IMG/VR virus record: IMGVR_UViG_3300050581_000228
Direction: 5' to 3' (one strand)
DNA: 64,000 nucleotides
Origin: a virus
Taxonomy: Duplodnaviria > Heunggongvirae > Uroviricota > Caudoviricetes
Below the pieces are notes generated by a model. It saw only the letters and a list, made by a program, of their open reading frames with translations, was not told the origin of the DNA and made no database searches. This document shows, piece by piece, positions 35,227 through 45,702 of this stretch. Position 1 is the stretch's first letter. Every line of letters begins with the position of its first letter. The translations under genes and the position numbers were made by a program.

Positions 35227-37557
35227 CTACGCTGACAGCAATTCGCCCTCGAACTCGAAGCCGGCCGAGAACTGATCCTTTCCGTCCTGGATCACTGGCT
35301 CATCGGGCGTCGTGATGACGCCTTTCCAGACCCGTTGTTCCCAGTCGCTCAGCTTGATTTCCAGGCCAAGATGCTCCCGAATGAAGCGGATCAACTCGTA
35401 GGTTTCAGTCCGGCGTAGGCCGGAGAACGTCAGAGCGAGGGTCTGAACCTTGGGCCAGTTGGGATCGGCGAAGATGGTGAGCGTCCCGCCGCGCGACTCC
35501 CGGTTGATGCGGTCAAAGCTCAGCCGGTCCTTGTTGCCGAAATCGGGTGGCCGAAGTTCGATGATGTCAGTTGGCGAGCCTTCTGCCGGATAGATCAGCG
35601 AAAAAGGCGACGTAACGCCGGGGAATGGGCCTTGCAGCGGAGGCAAGCCGGCCGGAGCATAGTCGAACAACTCGACTGCCCCATGCTTGACCAGGATATA
35701 GGTAGCGGCCTGTTCAAGCCCCAATTCCGAGTCAACGGCCCGGTTGCGGACGACCGTGACGCCTGCGGCCTGCCCGAGATCGAGTTGACTGCCAAGCTGC
35801 GGCCCCTTCTGAACGGCCGCCGATTGCGTCAACGAAAGTGCGCTCGCTGCCTGGCCGAGTTGTGTGATCCAGGCATTCTGGTCCAGGTCCAACGTATTGA
35901 CAGCCGAGACAAAGATGCCGCCCGGTTCCTCAAACGAGAATCCGGCCTGCTGGCCGACAGCCAGGGTCGAACTCGCGGCCCGATTCAAGACGGTATTGAC
36001 CGAGGCCGAGCTATCCAGGCCGGTCGTGACCTCAATAATCTCGATCGTGCCAGGGATGAACTCCTGGTGAGTCTCCTGCAAGACGTTCGTCGCCGAGAGA
36101 TACCACGGTCGGGCGACAACATGACTCTGGCTCAATTCGATCGTGTTGGTGGCCGTGCGATTGAATACGTTGACCGTAGTTGCACTTTGATCGAGGTCTT
36201 CGAGCCAGCTTTCAGCGTCAAGTTCATACTCATGGGTAATGAACCCGGCAGCTTCCTGACTGAACGTCAATGTACTGCCGGCCGTTAGGGTCCGAATGAA
36301 CCCGGCAGTCGCCTCCTGGTCGAGAGTCAGTTGGCTCTCCGCAGATGCGTCTATGATAAACGCGCCAAGAGCTTCCTGACTCAGGGCAAGGACATTTTCG
36401 GCACTGAGTTCGTGAATCCACTGGTCCGTTGTGACAGCCGCCTCTTGAGTCAAGGCAAGCGTGCTGTCGGCACTGAGATCAAGAATCCACTGGTCCTCGC
36501 TGACCGTTGACTCTTGGCTCAAACTGAGCGTGCTCGCGGCACAGAGGTCGTAAACCGTGCCAAGTGCCCCGTTCGCTTCCTGGGTCAACGCCAGAGCGCT
36601 CGTGGCGGACACTTCATGGAGCCAGACGCCCGTGGTTACGGTGGCCTCGCTCGCAAGTGACAGCGAGCTTTCGGCGGACACATCATGGCCCCATGCCGCT
36701 GTCGTCACAGCGGCTTCGGTGGTCATACTGAGCGGACTATCCGCACTAACATTGACCACCTTGGTCAATGATGCCAAGTGGTCGAGCGTCAGTTCACTGG
36801 ACGCACTGCGGTCGAAAACCGCCTGAAGACCCGCCGACTGGCTGAGTTCCAGGGCGCTTCCAGCGGAGACATTGATGATCCCGCCGGTGCCTTCGCCCTC
36901 CTCCTCGCCGAGGGCAGGTCGCATATTGCCCAGCAAGGATGCAAAAGTTCCCAGCTTGCCGGTCATCTCACCCGTAACCGGAGATGGCTCAACTTCCACG
37001 TAAGCCAACTGCGCGGTGCCGATCAGATAGTCGATGCCGCCAAGCGCCCATCGCGGTGAAGGATGACCGACGATCTCCGCATCGCAACTCGCGGAACTGA
37101 CAAGCTCCAGCGTGCTCGCGGCGCTCAGATTGATGACCTGGCCGCCGACTGCTCCTCCCAGGGCCAAAGCTAGGCTTCCCAGCCCGACGCCTAGCCGACC
37201 GCTCCGCGCGCCAATCGCCGGCAACGGTGCGTCCGGCCCGGTGAATCCAAGCTGGGAATCTCCCAATTGCCAGTCGGGGCTGCCCATCGCCCAAGCGGGC
37301 GGGGCGTGACCGATGATCTCGGCCCCATCATCCGTGGACTGCGTGACAACCAGCGTACTCGCGGCCGAAAGATTGAAGACCTTCGGGCCATCCGGTCCAC
37401 TCAGGGCGATAAGGAGGTTTCCCAGCATCGCGGCGGGCACGCCGAGCTTGCCGCTCATCGTGCCTGTCGAGGGCAACGTGGCCTCAGCACCGGCATAAGC
37501 CAGTAGCATGTTCCCCAGTTGGGAGTCAACAGTGCCTAGCTTCCCGGTGTATGCCAT
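35227..37557 (-). CDS. tail fibre-like protein with internal about 22 aa tandem repeats
   Basis: Repeats such as LSADSTLALTQEAAVTTDQWIHELSAENVLALSQEA. Gly/Ala rich N-terminus. Confidence 0.5.
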   Translation of the reverse strand: MAYTGKLGTVDSQLGNMLLAYAGAEATLPSTGTMSGKLGVPAAMLGNLLIALSGPDGPKVFNLSAASTLVVTQSTDDGAEIIGHAPPAWAMGSPDWQLGDSQLGFTGPDAPLPAIGARSGRLGVGLGSLALALGGAVGGQVINLSAASTLELVSSASCDAEIVGHPSPRWALGGIDYLIGTAQLAYVEVEPSPVTGEMTGKLGTFASLLGNMRPALGEEEGEGTGGIINVSAGSALELSQSAGLQAVFDRSASSELTLDHLASLTKVVNVSADSPLSMTTEAAVTTAAWGHDVSAESSLSLASEATVTTGVWLHEVSATSALALTQEANGALGTVYDLCAASTLSLSQESTVSEDQWILDLSADSTLALTQEAAVTTDQWIHELSAENVLALSQEALGAFIIDASAESQLTLDQEATAGFIRTLTAGSTLTFSQEAAGFITHEYELDAESWLEDLDQSATTVNVFNRTATNTIELSQSHVVARPWYLSATNVLQETHQEFIPGTIEIIEVTTGLDSSASVNTVLNRAASSTLAVGQQAGFSFEEPGGIFVSAVNTLDLDQNAWITQLGQAASALSLTQSAAVQKGPQLGSQLDLGQAAGVTVVRNRAVDSELGLEQAATYILVKHGAVELFDYAPAGLPPLQGPFPGVTSPFSLIYPAEGSPTDIIELRPPDFGNKDRLSFDRINRESRGGTLTIFADPNWPKVQTLALTFSGLRRTETYELIRFIREHLGLEIKLSDWEQRVWKGVITTPDEPVIQDGKDQFSAGFEFEGELLSA

Positions 37558-37560
37558 TGC

Positions 37561-38559
37561 CTAACTCTCTTCCCAGTGGACCAATGCCAGCGATACGGCC
37601 GTTGAGTTGTTGTACCGATCCAGTGCGATTCCGTACTGCATCGGATAATGGTCCGTATACGTCGATACGGAGTACCACTGAATCCAGTGCAGACCGTCAA
37701 GCGAGTAGTAGTATCGTTTGTAGTCGCCGTCCAGCGCGAAGCGAAACCAGAAGAACCGTTGAGGCCAGATGTTGCGACCGCTAAATGATGGGGCCGATCC
37801 GGCTGACGTAGGAGAGTTGTACGGCACAAAATGGAGTGCGGGATACGCGGTGCCGGCGGTCATTCTCAGGCCCCATAGCGTGAACTCATTTGCCTCGCCA
37901 CCACCGCCGTGGATGCAGATTCCACCGAAGAAATCAGCAGACGAAATGCCACTCATCACGAATGCCGTGGTGAGCGTCGTCTTGCCTTCACTCAACGGGC
38001 GCATGATGCCGCGTACCTGGGGACTGTTCGTATCTTGATCCGGGTCCGAAAGAATCAAGACGCCCCCGTCGTAAGTCACAGTCGCGTTTCCTTGATTGAA
38101 CCATGTCCAGCCGGTCTGTGGCGGAGCCTTGAGCCGCTGGCATGGTCCGTACTTGTGCCAGGCCGCTCCGTCGTCGTATTCCAGGTAGATGCCGTCCGTT
38201 GGGATGAAAAGCCGCCCCTTGACTCCGGCCGCCGGCCTATTCGCGTAGAGGTCTGAGATAAAGCGATTGGCCACTCTGGCTTCCAGGCTTCCTTTGGTGA
38301 GGAGGTGGATCACGCTTGCGCCGCTGGCGTGTGTAGCCGCCGCCGTCCCTTCGATTCCGCGAGTAACGGTGAACGTCGTTCCTGCCACGCCGGTCACAAG
38401 CAGCAATTCCCCGTCGATCTTGATTCGGAAGTTGCCGCTTGTCGGAAACGCCGTTGCATCAGTCACCGTGCAACTCGTAGCGGTAGGCGTAGTGATCGCC
38501 GCCGACAACGTAGTGACAGCTTGATTGGAAAATCTCTCGGTCATTATGATTGGCTCCAA
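37561..38559 (-). CDS. tail fibre / receptor-binding protein paralog 1
   Basis: Shared N-terminal module FRIKIDGELLLVTGVAGTTFTVTRGIEGTAAATH...LTKGSL and C-terminal HWEES with the next two genes. Confidence 0.55.
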   Translation of the reverse strand: MEPIIMTERFSNQAVTTLSAAITTPTATSCTVTDATAFPTSGNFRIKIDGELLLVTGVAGTTFTVTRGIEGTAAATHASGASVIHLLTKGSLEARVANRFISDLYANRPAAGVKGRLFIPTDGIYLEYDDGAAWHKYGPCQRLKAPPQTGWTWFNQGNATVTYDGGVLILSDPDQDTNSPQVRGIMRPLSEGKTTLTTAFVMSGISSADFFGGICIHGGGGEANEFTLWGLRMTAGTAYPALHFVPYNSPTSAGSAPSFSGRNIWPQRFFWFRFALDGDYKRYYYSLDGLHWIQWYSVSTYTDHYPMQYGIALDRYNNSTAVSLALVHWEES

Positions 38560-39611
38560 TGCAGGACTGAGATACCGCTGTCAATGGAGAAATAGGGGGC
38601 CGATGAGGTGTAGCCGCCCATCGCCTGAACAGCGATCCCAATTTGATCCGGGGTGAGATTGCTGGACCTCGAATTGCTGGCTAGCTGGGTCCACGTAACG
38701 CCGTTGACCGACATCGAGATGACTCGGTTTGTGGAATCATCCACGTACTTGATCCACACCAACGGCGACTCGGAGAAGTGTTGACCGCTCGGCCAACCCG
38801 TAACGCTTGTTCCCGATGTCGCCGTTGCACTGGCGAAGTAGTAGCCGCGAATGTTCATGTCGTTGCCACTTCCGCCAAGCCCGTACACCTCCATCTTGCC
38901 GGACGTGGAATCACGGATGCAGAGGCCCAATTCCACATAGGAGCTAAAGTTGTAGGGAATGATGATCGGCAAGAACGCCATCACCACGGTAAAAGGCGGG
39001 GTCGGGTAGGTCTTCAACACGGCTCGCCACAGGGCGCTGGTGCTGACGGCCGCGCAGAAATACATCGGCCCAAAGGTGTTCACGCAGGTGGACGTTCCCT
39101 GATTGAGCCAGGTTGGAAAATCGGCGGGCGCTGGGGGCGTCATGGGCCAGATCGGGCCAAACTTCGTCCACGATGAACCGTCGTCGCGTTCGATGAACGC
39201 GCCGTCAGTCGGCAGAAAGATGCGGCCCGGCGTACCGGCGGCAGGACGATTGGCGTAAGTGTCATAGGCCGCCAGGTCATTCTGGTCATGGGCGTCAAGT
39301 GCTCCGGCCGTAAGAATATGGTACACGGCCGTGCTGCTTGTGTGGGAAGCCGCTGCCGTACCCTCTTGACCGCGCACCACGGTAAGGGTGGTGCCGCTGA
39401 CGCCGGTGACCTTCATAATCTCGCTGTCGATCAGGATACGGAAGTCACCGCCCGTGAAGCCCATGACGCTGGCCACGTCAACTTCCGTCTCCGTGTCATC
39501 GAGGTCTTCGGCAAGCGTCGTGCTGACGAGATTCTTGAATTGTTCAGCCATTACGATTCCTCCCAATGCAAGAAGGAGATGATTCGCGGGATTCCGTTCG
39601 AGGTTTTCCAA
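38544..39611 (-). CDS. tail fibre / receptor-binding protein paralog 2
   Basis: FRILIDSEIMKVTGVSGTTLTVVRGQEGTAAASH...LTAGAL; C-terminal HWSQS. Confidence 0.55.
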   Translation of the reverse strand: MENLERNPANHLLLALGGIVMAEQFKNLVSTTLAEDLDDTETEVDVASVMGFTGGDFRILIDSEIMKVTGVSGTTLTVVRGQEGTAAASHTSSTAVYHILTAGALDAHDQNDLAAYDTYANRPAAGTPGRIFLPTDGAFIERDDGSSWTKFGPIWPMTPPAPADFPTWLNQGTSTCVNTFGPMYFCAAVSTSALWRAVLKTYPTPPFTVVMAFLPIIIPYNFSSYVELGLCIRDSTSGKMEVYGLGGSGNDMNIRGYYFASATATSGTSVTGWPSGQHFSESPLVWIKYVDDSTNRVISMSVNGVTWTQLASNSRSSNLTPDQIGIAVQAMGGYTSSAPYFSIDSGISVLHWSQS

Positions 39612-40549
39612 CTATTGGCAAACACGCCAACCTGATCGGCCGTAAGAAAAGTTGTTCGATCCTGGGGGGCATGGACCGGTGTGAAGGCAATGCCATCGGA
39701 GCCTGCGATTTCCACCAGACGGGTCGTTCCGTTGTCCGTCATGCGAATCCACAACGGCACGAACATCGGGCAAGGATACTGAAACTGGTTCCCGGAGATC
39801 GTCGTGTAGTTCGTCCACTGATCGTAGCTGAAATAGCTGGGATAGTTCTGCATCCCCCAGCCATAGGTGATGATCTTGCCGGATGAACTATCCCGCCAAC
39901 ACACACCGAATTGGGCGTAATAGCCGCTGGATGTGTAGATTGGCGATTGAGGAAGGATGCAGGCGGTAATCGTGTAGGGAGCGGAAGGGGCGGATTTGAC
40001 CAACAACCGCAGGTTTTCGCCTGACGATACGCTGGGCGTCGTCAGGACCATCATGCCACAGGTGTCCGCGACCGTCGCGGTGCCCTGGTTGACCCAGGTG
40101 AAATTGCCGCTGGACGGCGGCTTCATCCGATTGAAGGGCAGCATGTTCCACGCCGAGCCGTCATCCTGACTTGCCATCCCGCCTGTCGGCAAATAGAGCC
40201 GTCCTGCCTGTCCGGCCGCATCGCGGTTGGCGATCGCGCCGACAGCGAATTGCTGGATGTCCCGCTGAGCCAGAGAGCCGGCCGTCAACACATGAAAGAC
40301 GGCTACGTCCGCATCGTGGCTGGCCGCCGACGTGCCCTCCTGCGCCCGCGTGACCGTGAAGGTCTTGCCCTGCACGTCCGTGACCAGCATGATCTCGTTC
40401 TCGACGATGATGCGGAAATTGCCGATGGCGGGAAACCCAACGGCCGACTTCACAGTCAAGCTGGTATCATCGTTGTCGATGGCGGACTCCAGCGAGGAGA
40501 GGCCGCCATTGGCGAATTGTTCATAGGCCATTGTGTTTCCTTCTAGCAA
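39551..40549 (-). CDS. tail fibre / receptor-binding protein paralog 3
   Basis: FRIIVENEIMLVTDVQGKTFTVTRAQEGTSAASH...LTAGSL; C-terminal HWEES. Confidence 0.55.
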   Translation of the reverse strand: MLEGNTMAYEQFANGGLSSLESAIDNDDTSLTVKSAVGFPAIGNFRIIVENEIMLVTDVQGKTFTVTRAQEGTSAASHDADVAVFHVLTAGSLAQRDIQQFAVGAIANRDAAGQAGRLYLPTGGMASQDDGSAWNMLPFNRMKPPSSGNFTWVNQGTATVADTCGMMVLTTPSVSSGENLRLLVKSAPSAPYTITACILPQSPIYTSSGYYAQFGVCWRDSSSGKIITYGWGMQNYPSYFSYDQWTNYTTISGNQFQYPCPMFVPLWIRMTDNGTTRLVEIAGSDGIAFTPVHAPQDRTTFLTADQVGVFANSWKTSNGIPRIISFLHWEES

Positions 40550-40586
40550 AAGAAAAGGCCGAGCGAAGCCGAAACCCCGCCCGGCC
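40548..40586 (-). terminator. rho-independent terminator between tail genes
   Basis: Minus-strand GGCCGGGCGGGGTTTCGGCTTCGCTCGGCC followed by TTTTCTTTT. Confidence 0.5.
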
Positions 40587-40603
40587 TATGGCGAGGGAGT
40601 AGG

Positions 40604-41227
40604 TTACGCACTCACCGAGTAGGTCACTTTGAGTTGGTCGCCGTTGTTCACGGGCACGTCGCCGGAATTGAACAGAGCGGTCGCCCAGAGGTAGTTTCCA
40701 CTGGCCGTATGGTCGCTCTTGGTCTGGGCGTTGGTCCCGCCGCAAGCGAAAACGCCCTTCACGGTCCCGCTGGCCGTGATATTGAAGATCGAGACCGTGG
40801 TGTTGGTGATCGACTGGCTAGAGGCGGCATTCTCCTGCCATTCCGGTCGAGTCGAGGCACTGTTGCCGTTGTTGGCGTCAGTGTAATCCGCGAACTCGTC
40901 CCAGCCGTTGCCCGCCTGGTTGATGTTGTCGTAGGTGTCACCCGCAGCTAGCGCGGAATAGCCGGCGTTGTCGATCAAGCCCAAATACCAGGTGCCGATC
41001 GCCGAGACGCCGTGGAACATCACGTCCAGGAGCTTGTTCTTGCCCTCGTTCGTAATGCCGTTGTTGAAGTCGTAGACAGCCAAGAGCTTCCCATCGCGCC
41101 AATGCTCGACGGTTAGATGGCCACGCAGAGAAAGATCACTCTTCGCAATCCCGCCTCGGGCGACTTCGGCTCCGGCAGCGTGCTTGAGCGAGAGTTTGGA
41201 ACCACAAGTGTTCATAGGTTCTCCCAC
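40604..41227 (-). CDS. hypothetical tail protein
   Basis: 207 aa, Asn/Gly/Thr rich; lies between the tape measure and fibre genes. Confidence 0.4.
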   Translation of the reverse strand: MGEPMNTCGSKLSLKHAAGAEVARGGIAKSDLSLRGHLTVEHWRDGKLLAVYDFNNGITNEGKNKLLDVMFHGVSAIGTWYLGLIDNAGYSALAAGDTYDNINQAGNGWDEFADYTDANNGNSASTRPEWQENAASSQSITNTTVSIFNITASGTVKGVFACGGTNAQTKSDHTASGNYLWATALFNSGDVPVNNGDQLKVTYSVSA

Positions 41228-41302
41228 AGGGTTAGAGGATTCGCACGACCGCCCGATGGCGGTTACGACTGGAGGAATTGCCGCTCACCGTGAGCAGCGG
41301 TA

Positions 41303-44300
41303 TTAGAGACGGCTCGATCCGCGACGGGTTTCGCGCCTAATCAGACGCATGACTTCGCGGCCTGTCTGCCTCGGCCCCTTCGATTCCTGGATGATGATGT
41401 CGCCCACAGTCGTGTTGTAGGTCGTGCCACCAGTTGTCTCGAAGCTGGGTTCAACCCCAGCATTGATCGCCTGGAGTTGGGGCAGGAACTTGCGAGTATT
41501 CTTCGCACTGGTGATGAATTCGCCTGGGCTGAGCATCGCGGGTATGGTGTCTGTACCTCGGGCTACCCCGCCACTCTCAAAGAACTTCATCCTGCTGACC
41601 AGGCCACCCAGGGCCTTGCCGCCGATCGCGCCGCCCGTAAGTGATGCCGCGCTGGCCCTTACGGCGTTTGTACTTGACAGTGGATTGATCTTGTCCAGCC
41701 ACCATGCCACGCCACTGAGTTCCTTCTCAGTTTCCTTGGCAGCTTCCGTGAGGGCCTTGATATGCTGCACGGCTGGCGGGATGCTGGTAGCCGCAGCTTG
41801 GGGCAACTCCTTGGTCCTCTGGACGAGAATCCTTTGACCTTCGGCTGCTTCGCGTTGTTGGGCCTGAAACTCGACGAACAATTGAGAGTTGGCCGCCATG
41901 TCCCCGGCCGAGACGTTCTGCTGAATGGCAGCTTGGACCTTCGGGGCCGCCTCCGTGAGCGCGGCAATCTTCGCCTGCCGTTCCAAGAGTTCACTGATGA
42001 CCTTCGACAACTCGGCAAATTGCCGGGTTGTTTCGGCAAGCGACTTCCTCCGCTCGGCATCCGTAGCCGCAAGTGCTTGGGCGTTGGCCTCGTCGGCAGC
42101 AGCAAGGAAACGCTGCTGGAGCCTCATCAACTCCTCGCCCTGGCCCGCTGCGGCTTGACCAAGGGCTACGGGCGTCTGCTCCAGAAGCACCGCCTTCATT
42201 TCCTTGGTCACATTCGGCAAGTTGGCCAATTCCACGGCCAACCGGCTGATGTTCGCCATGTCGATCCGCAGGTTGGCTTGCTCCTGCGGGAGGCCGGCTT
42301 GCTTGTTCAGCGCCTCGATGAGTTCCGCCTGCTTCTGCGTCAGCTTGATGGCGATGTCCTTGAAACCCTCGATCAGGTCGAACTTAGCGCCGCTGGCCGC
42401 TTCAACATCCGTGATGATGGCCTTGAGCTTGACTTCACGGTCCTTGAGCGGTGCCAGGATGGCTTCAATGCCTTCCTCGAACGCGAACCGCAGGCTGACC
42501 GGCTGATCCGTAATGGCACTCTCGAACTTGCCGCGAATCTGGTTCGTCAACTCCTGGATACCCAGGAATTGCTCCAGATTCACGTCGCCCCGGCTCAGAA
42601 CCTCTTCCAATTGATCGGTAAGAGACAGGGCCGTCTTTTGGGCGGCTTCCCGCTCCTCGGGGGCGCGCTTCTTCTCATCCTTTGCGATGACCTCGTACTT
42701 GCTGATCTGCTCGACCAGGGCCTTGGCATCTTTAAGCTGAGCGCGGCGTAGCTCGATCTCCCGCTGAGCAGCCTCGGCTTGGGCCTGAGCAGTCTTATTC
42801 TCCTGCTCGCGCAGGGCGAGCCGTTGCTGGAGAATACTGTTGACCTCGGCTTCGGCCTGGCTGATCGCTGTGAGAGCATCCTGCTGTTCGCCAACAGTCT
42901 TGGCTTCCTTGAGCCGGGCTTCGCCCGACTCCAAGGCAGCATTGGCACGCTGGTCAGCCGTTTTCAGAAGCTCCTCGGCACCCTCGAAATCGAGCGATTG
43001 AGTGAGCTTCGCGGCCCGGCCTTCCAACTCGCGGGCACGTTGCAGTTGCTTGACCGCCTTCGCCTGATCGTCGAGCCGGCCAAGCTGGCGATCGAGATAC
43101 CGTTCCTCGTCCTTGAGCCTGAGATCGGAAGTCTCCTTGCGGTTCTTTTCGATGACCCGCGCGGACTCCTCCTGCCTTCGCTCCAACTGATTGATGACTT
43201 TTTCAATCAGCTTGAGCCGTTCTTTTAGTTGGTCCCTGAGCCGGTCCAGGATGTTCTCCTGGGCCTGGACGGCGTTTTCAACATCCTTGTCGTAGAGCTT
43301 CTGCATGTCAGCAACAAGCCGCTGTTGCTGTCTATAAGCATTGTTGACCGTTTCGGTTTGGGCCGCTTGAATCTTCTTCGCAGCGATCGTGGCCTCGGCC
43401 GCCCGTTCGTTCTCTCGGTCCCGGATCAGGTTGAAGTGCTCATCCAGGTAACGGGCGGCATTGGCAGTGCTTTCCTTGCCCTTGTCCATCGCCCGCCAAA
43501 GAGCGACCACTGCCGCCGTGATAGCGGTAATGGCGATAACCCCAGGAATCGACATCAGAGCGGCGACCAACCCCTTGGCTGCAACCCCTGCGGCTGTCAG
43601 CACGCCGGGCATCGTCCATACGACAGCACGCAACGCCGTCGTGATGGCGAGAACTCCCTTAAGAGTAAGCAGCGCACCGCTGATCCAAAGCATCGAGTCC
43701 TTGAGGCTTCGGACGATGTTGACCAGCCCGCCGAAGTAATCAAGCATCTGCTTGATGACCTTGAGCGCCTCCAGAGCGAAATCGTTGATGAAGAAGTTGC
43801 GAAGCTGGGTGATCTCCCTCTGCACCTGCTGTGCATTGGTCTGGATGATGATCTCCGCGCCTCTGCCGGCGATTTCCGCCCCAGCAGCACGGATCGCTTC
43901 CAGGTTCTTCGTGTACTGTTCTGCTGCCGCTCCGGTCAGGCCAAACACGCCGCGACCGACGCGGATGTTCTCGGTCAATTGCGCAATCTCGGATGCCGTG
44001 CCGTTCGTGGTCTCGCGGAGCTTTTCGAGGAACCCCTGGAACCCATAGGCGGCTACGCCAACCTCGGCGTTAGCGACACCCAATTCCTGGAACGCCTCCT
44101 TCATCGCCTTGGTGGGTTTGATGAGGCCGCGCATCGCGTTCGACAACAGCGTCATCGCCTCGTCAGGTTTCACGCCGCTGATCGTCAGGGTGGCCAGCGA
44201 AGCAAGAACCTCGTCGAAGCTGACGCCCATCTGATGGGCCAGCGTCGTCACGCGGCCGATCGTGTCGGCGATGTCGCTCAACATGAACCGGCCTTTGTCC

Positions 44301-45184
44301 ACGGCCGCGAACAGCTTGCCGCTGATGTCGGCGGCATCAGCAGCATTCAGGTGGTAGCTGTTGATGACGCTTGACAGTGCATTCGCGGCATCGGCAAAGC
44401 TGGAAACGGCGACCGTCGAGAGCCGAGCCGATTCCCGAGCCACCAGGAATGCCTCGGCAGCGCTACCGACCTGGTTCGACAAGATGTCGTAGTAGCCCTG
44501 AGCAACGTCCTCGATCGGCTTGGCGAACTCCTCGCTCAGGCCCCGAACCTGGATGGCCAGCATTTGCAGACTGCCGGCGGAAGGGCCGCCGATTGTCTGG
44601 ATTTGCGCCAGCTTGGTCTCGAAATTGGTGGCCGCCGTAAGCGATTCTTCCATCGCGTTACGGAGCATGGACATGGTGCGGACGATCAATTGCGTCGTGA
44701 CGACGCGAACCATCGTCTGCCAGCTAACGGCCAAACCGTTGACCCGATTTCCAGCCGAAGTGAGATGCTGCTTGGACGCCCGGTCGATTTGGGCCAGTCT
44801 GTCAGCCATCGTATTGGCCGTGCCGGTATAGTTCGCGCCCAGATTCCTGGACTGCTGAACTACCTGGTCAATCGAAATCTTGTGTTTCGACGCGAACTCG
44901 GCGGCAGACGTGATCGCACTTTGGAAGGCTCGCTGCTGCTGGACGGTTGTCACGCCGGAGACCTGGTACAGCTTCTGCAATTCGGTGACGTAGGCAGCTA
45001 CGTTGGCGGCTGCCCCCTTGGCTCCTGCCCCAGCGCCGGCCTGGTTGAACCGCTCCACGGCGGTAGCGGCCGATTGCAGGCGCTTCTCGAAGTCTGCCAG
45101 TTTCTTGTCGAACTGGCTGAGCGCCGTAAGCGCTTCGCTGACATCGAATCCGAGGGTTTGTGTGATTTCAGCCATGTACGTCAC
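41303..45184 (-). CDS. tail tape measure protein
   Basis: 1293 aa. Extensive coiled-coil (Q/E/A/K/L rich) with a central hydrophobic segment AITTALRAVVWTMPGVLTAAGVAAKGLVAALMSIPGVIAITAITAAVVALW. Follows the chaperone genes. Confidence 0.8.
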   Translation of the reverse strand: MTYMAEITQTLGFDVSEALTALSQFDKKLADFEKRLQSAATAVERFNQAGAGAGAKGAAANVAAYVTELQKLYQVSGVTTVQQQRAFQSAITSAAEFASKHKISIDQVVQQSRNLGANYTGTANTMADRLAQIDRASKQHLTSAGNRVNGLAVSWQTMVRVVTTQLIVRTMSMLRNAMEESLTAATNFETKLAQIQTIGGPSAGSLQMLAIQVRGLSEEFAKPIEDVAQGYYDILSNQVGSAAEAFLVARESARLSTVAVSSFADAANALSSVINSYHLNAADAADISGKLFAAVDKGRFMLSDIADTIGRVTTLAHQMGVSFDEVLASLATLTISGVKPDEAMTLLSNAMRGLIKPTKAMKEAFQELGVANAEVGVAAYGFQGFLEKLRETTNGTASEIAQLTENIRVGRGVFGLTGAAAEQYTKNLEAIRAAGAEIAGRGAEIIIQTNAQQVQREITQLRNFFINDFALEALKVIKQMLDYFGGLVNIVRSLKDSMLWISGALLTLKGVLAITTALRAVVWTMPGVLTAAGVAAKGLVAALMSIPGVIAITAITAAVVALWRAMDKGKESTANAARYLDEHFNLIRDRENERAAEATIAAKKIQAAQTETVNNAYRQQQRLVADMQKLYDKDVENAVQAQENILDRLRDQLKERLKLIEKVINQLERRQEESARVIEKNRKETSDLRLKDEERYLDRQLGRLDDQAKAVKQLQRARELEGRAAKLTQSLDFEGAEELLKTADQRANAALESGEARLKEAKTVGEQQDALTAISQAEAEVNSILQQRLALREQENKTAQAQAEAAQREIELRRAQLKDAKALVEQISKYEVIAKDEKKRAPEEREAAQKTALSLTDQLEEVLSRGDVNLEQFLGIQELTNQIRGKFESAITDQPVSLRFAFEEGIEAILAPLKDREVKLKAIITDVEAASGAKFDLIEGFKDIAIKLTQKQAELIEALNKQAGLPQEQANLRIDMANISRLAVELANLPNVTKEMKAVLLEQTPVALGQAAAGQGEELMRLQQRFLAAADEANAQALAATDAERRKSLAETTRQFAELSKVISELLERQAKIAALTEAAPKVQAAIQQNVSAGDMAANSQLFVEFQAQQREAAEGQRILVQRTKELPQAAATSIPPAVQHIKALTEAAKETEKELSGVAWWLDKINPLSSTNAVRASAASLTGGAIGGKALGGLVSRMKFFESGGVARGTDTIPAMLSPGEFITSAKNTRKFLPQLQAINAGVEPSFETTGGTTYNTTVGDIIIQESKGPRQTGREVMRLIRRETRRGSSRL

Positions 45185-45702
45185 CCGGATCGGATGGTGT
45201 TGACGCGAAGGGCCAGAAACGGATCGGGCAACGTGACGCCGGCCGCATACCGCTCGAAGGCTTCTTGCCCGAGCCTCTGAAACTCGTAGGGGCCAGGCTC
45301 AATGAGTTCCGCCGGAGGCGGCCATTTGGTTGGATCAGGGTCGATGTTTGCGTTGTGAAACTCGTTCCAGATCAGATGTGCTAGGGTCGTCGAATAGGTG
45401 AAGGTGTATCTGCCCTTGCCGTCGTCCACGTCAAAGGTGCCTTCGGCGTTGTCCAGGCCGAATTGGACTCGACTGCCGCGAGCATAAAGAAGGGGCTGGA
45501 TGATGAGTGGATAGCTTACGGCCCTGGCCAACGGCAGAAAGGTCGCGGCCGACGCCCCGCTCCACACCGGCACCTTCGCCGTGACTGCACCCAACCAAGC
45601 AACAGCCGCCTCCGTCAGGTGATCCGTCAATTGCTCCCGCAGCATCCTGGCGTACTTCAGACTGTCCAACCGGGGAGCGCGAAAGGTCGCAGTGAACTTC
45701 AT
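45181..45702 (-). CDS. hypothetical tail assembly protein
   Basis: ATG at 45702 (MKFTATFR) within the 45181..45717 ORF. Confidence 0.4.
   Translation of the reverse strand: MKFTATFRAPRLDSLKYARMLREQLTDHLTEAAVAWLGAVTAKVPVWSGASAATFLPLARAVSYPLIIQPLLYARGSRVQFGLDNAEGTFDVDDGKGRYTFTYSTTLAHLIWNEFHNANIDPDPTKWPPPAELIEPGPYEFQRLGQEAFERYAAGVTLPDPFLALRVNTIRSG

Noticed and set aside
41762-44374. 329 aa and 381 aa plus-strand ORFs inside the tape measure region
   Set aside because: Antisense shadows of the 1293 aa tape measure gene; low-complexity Leu/Arg/Gly rich.
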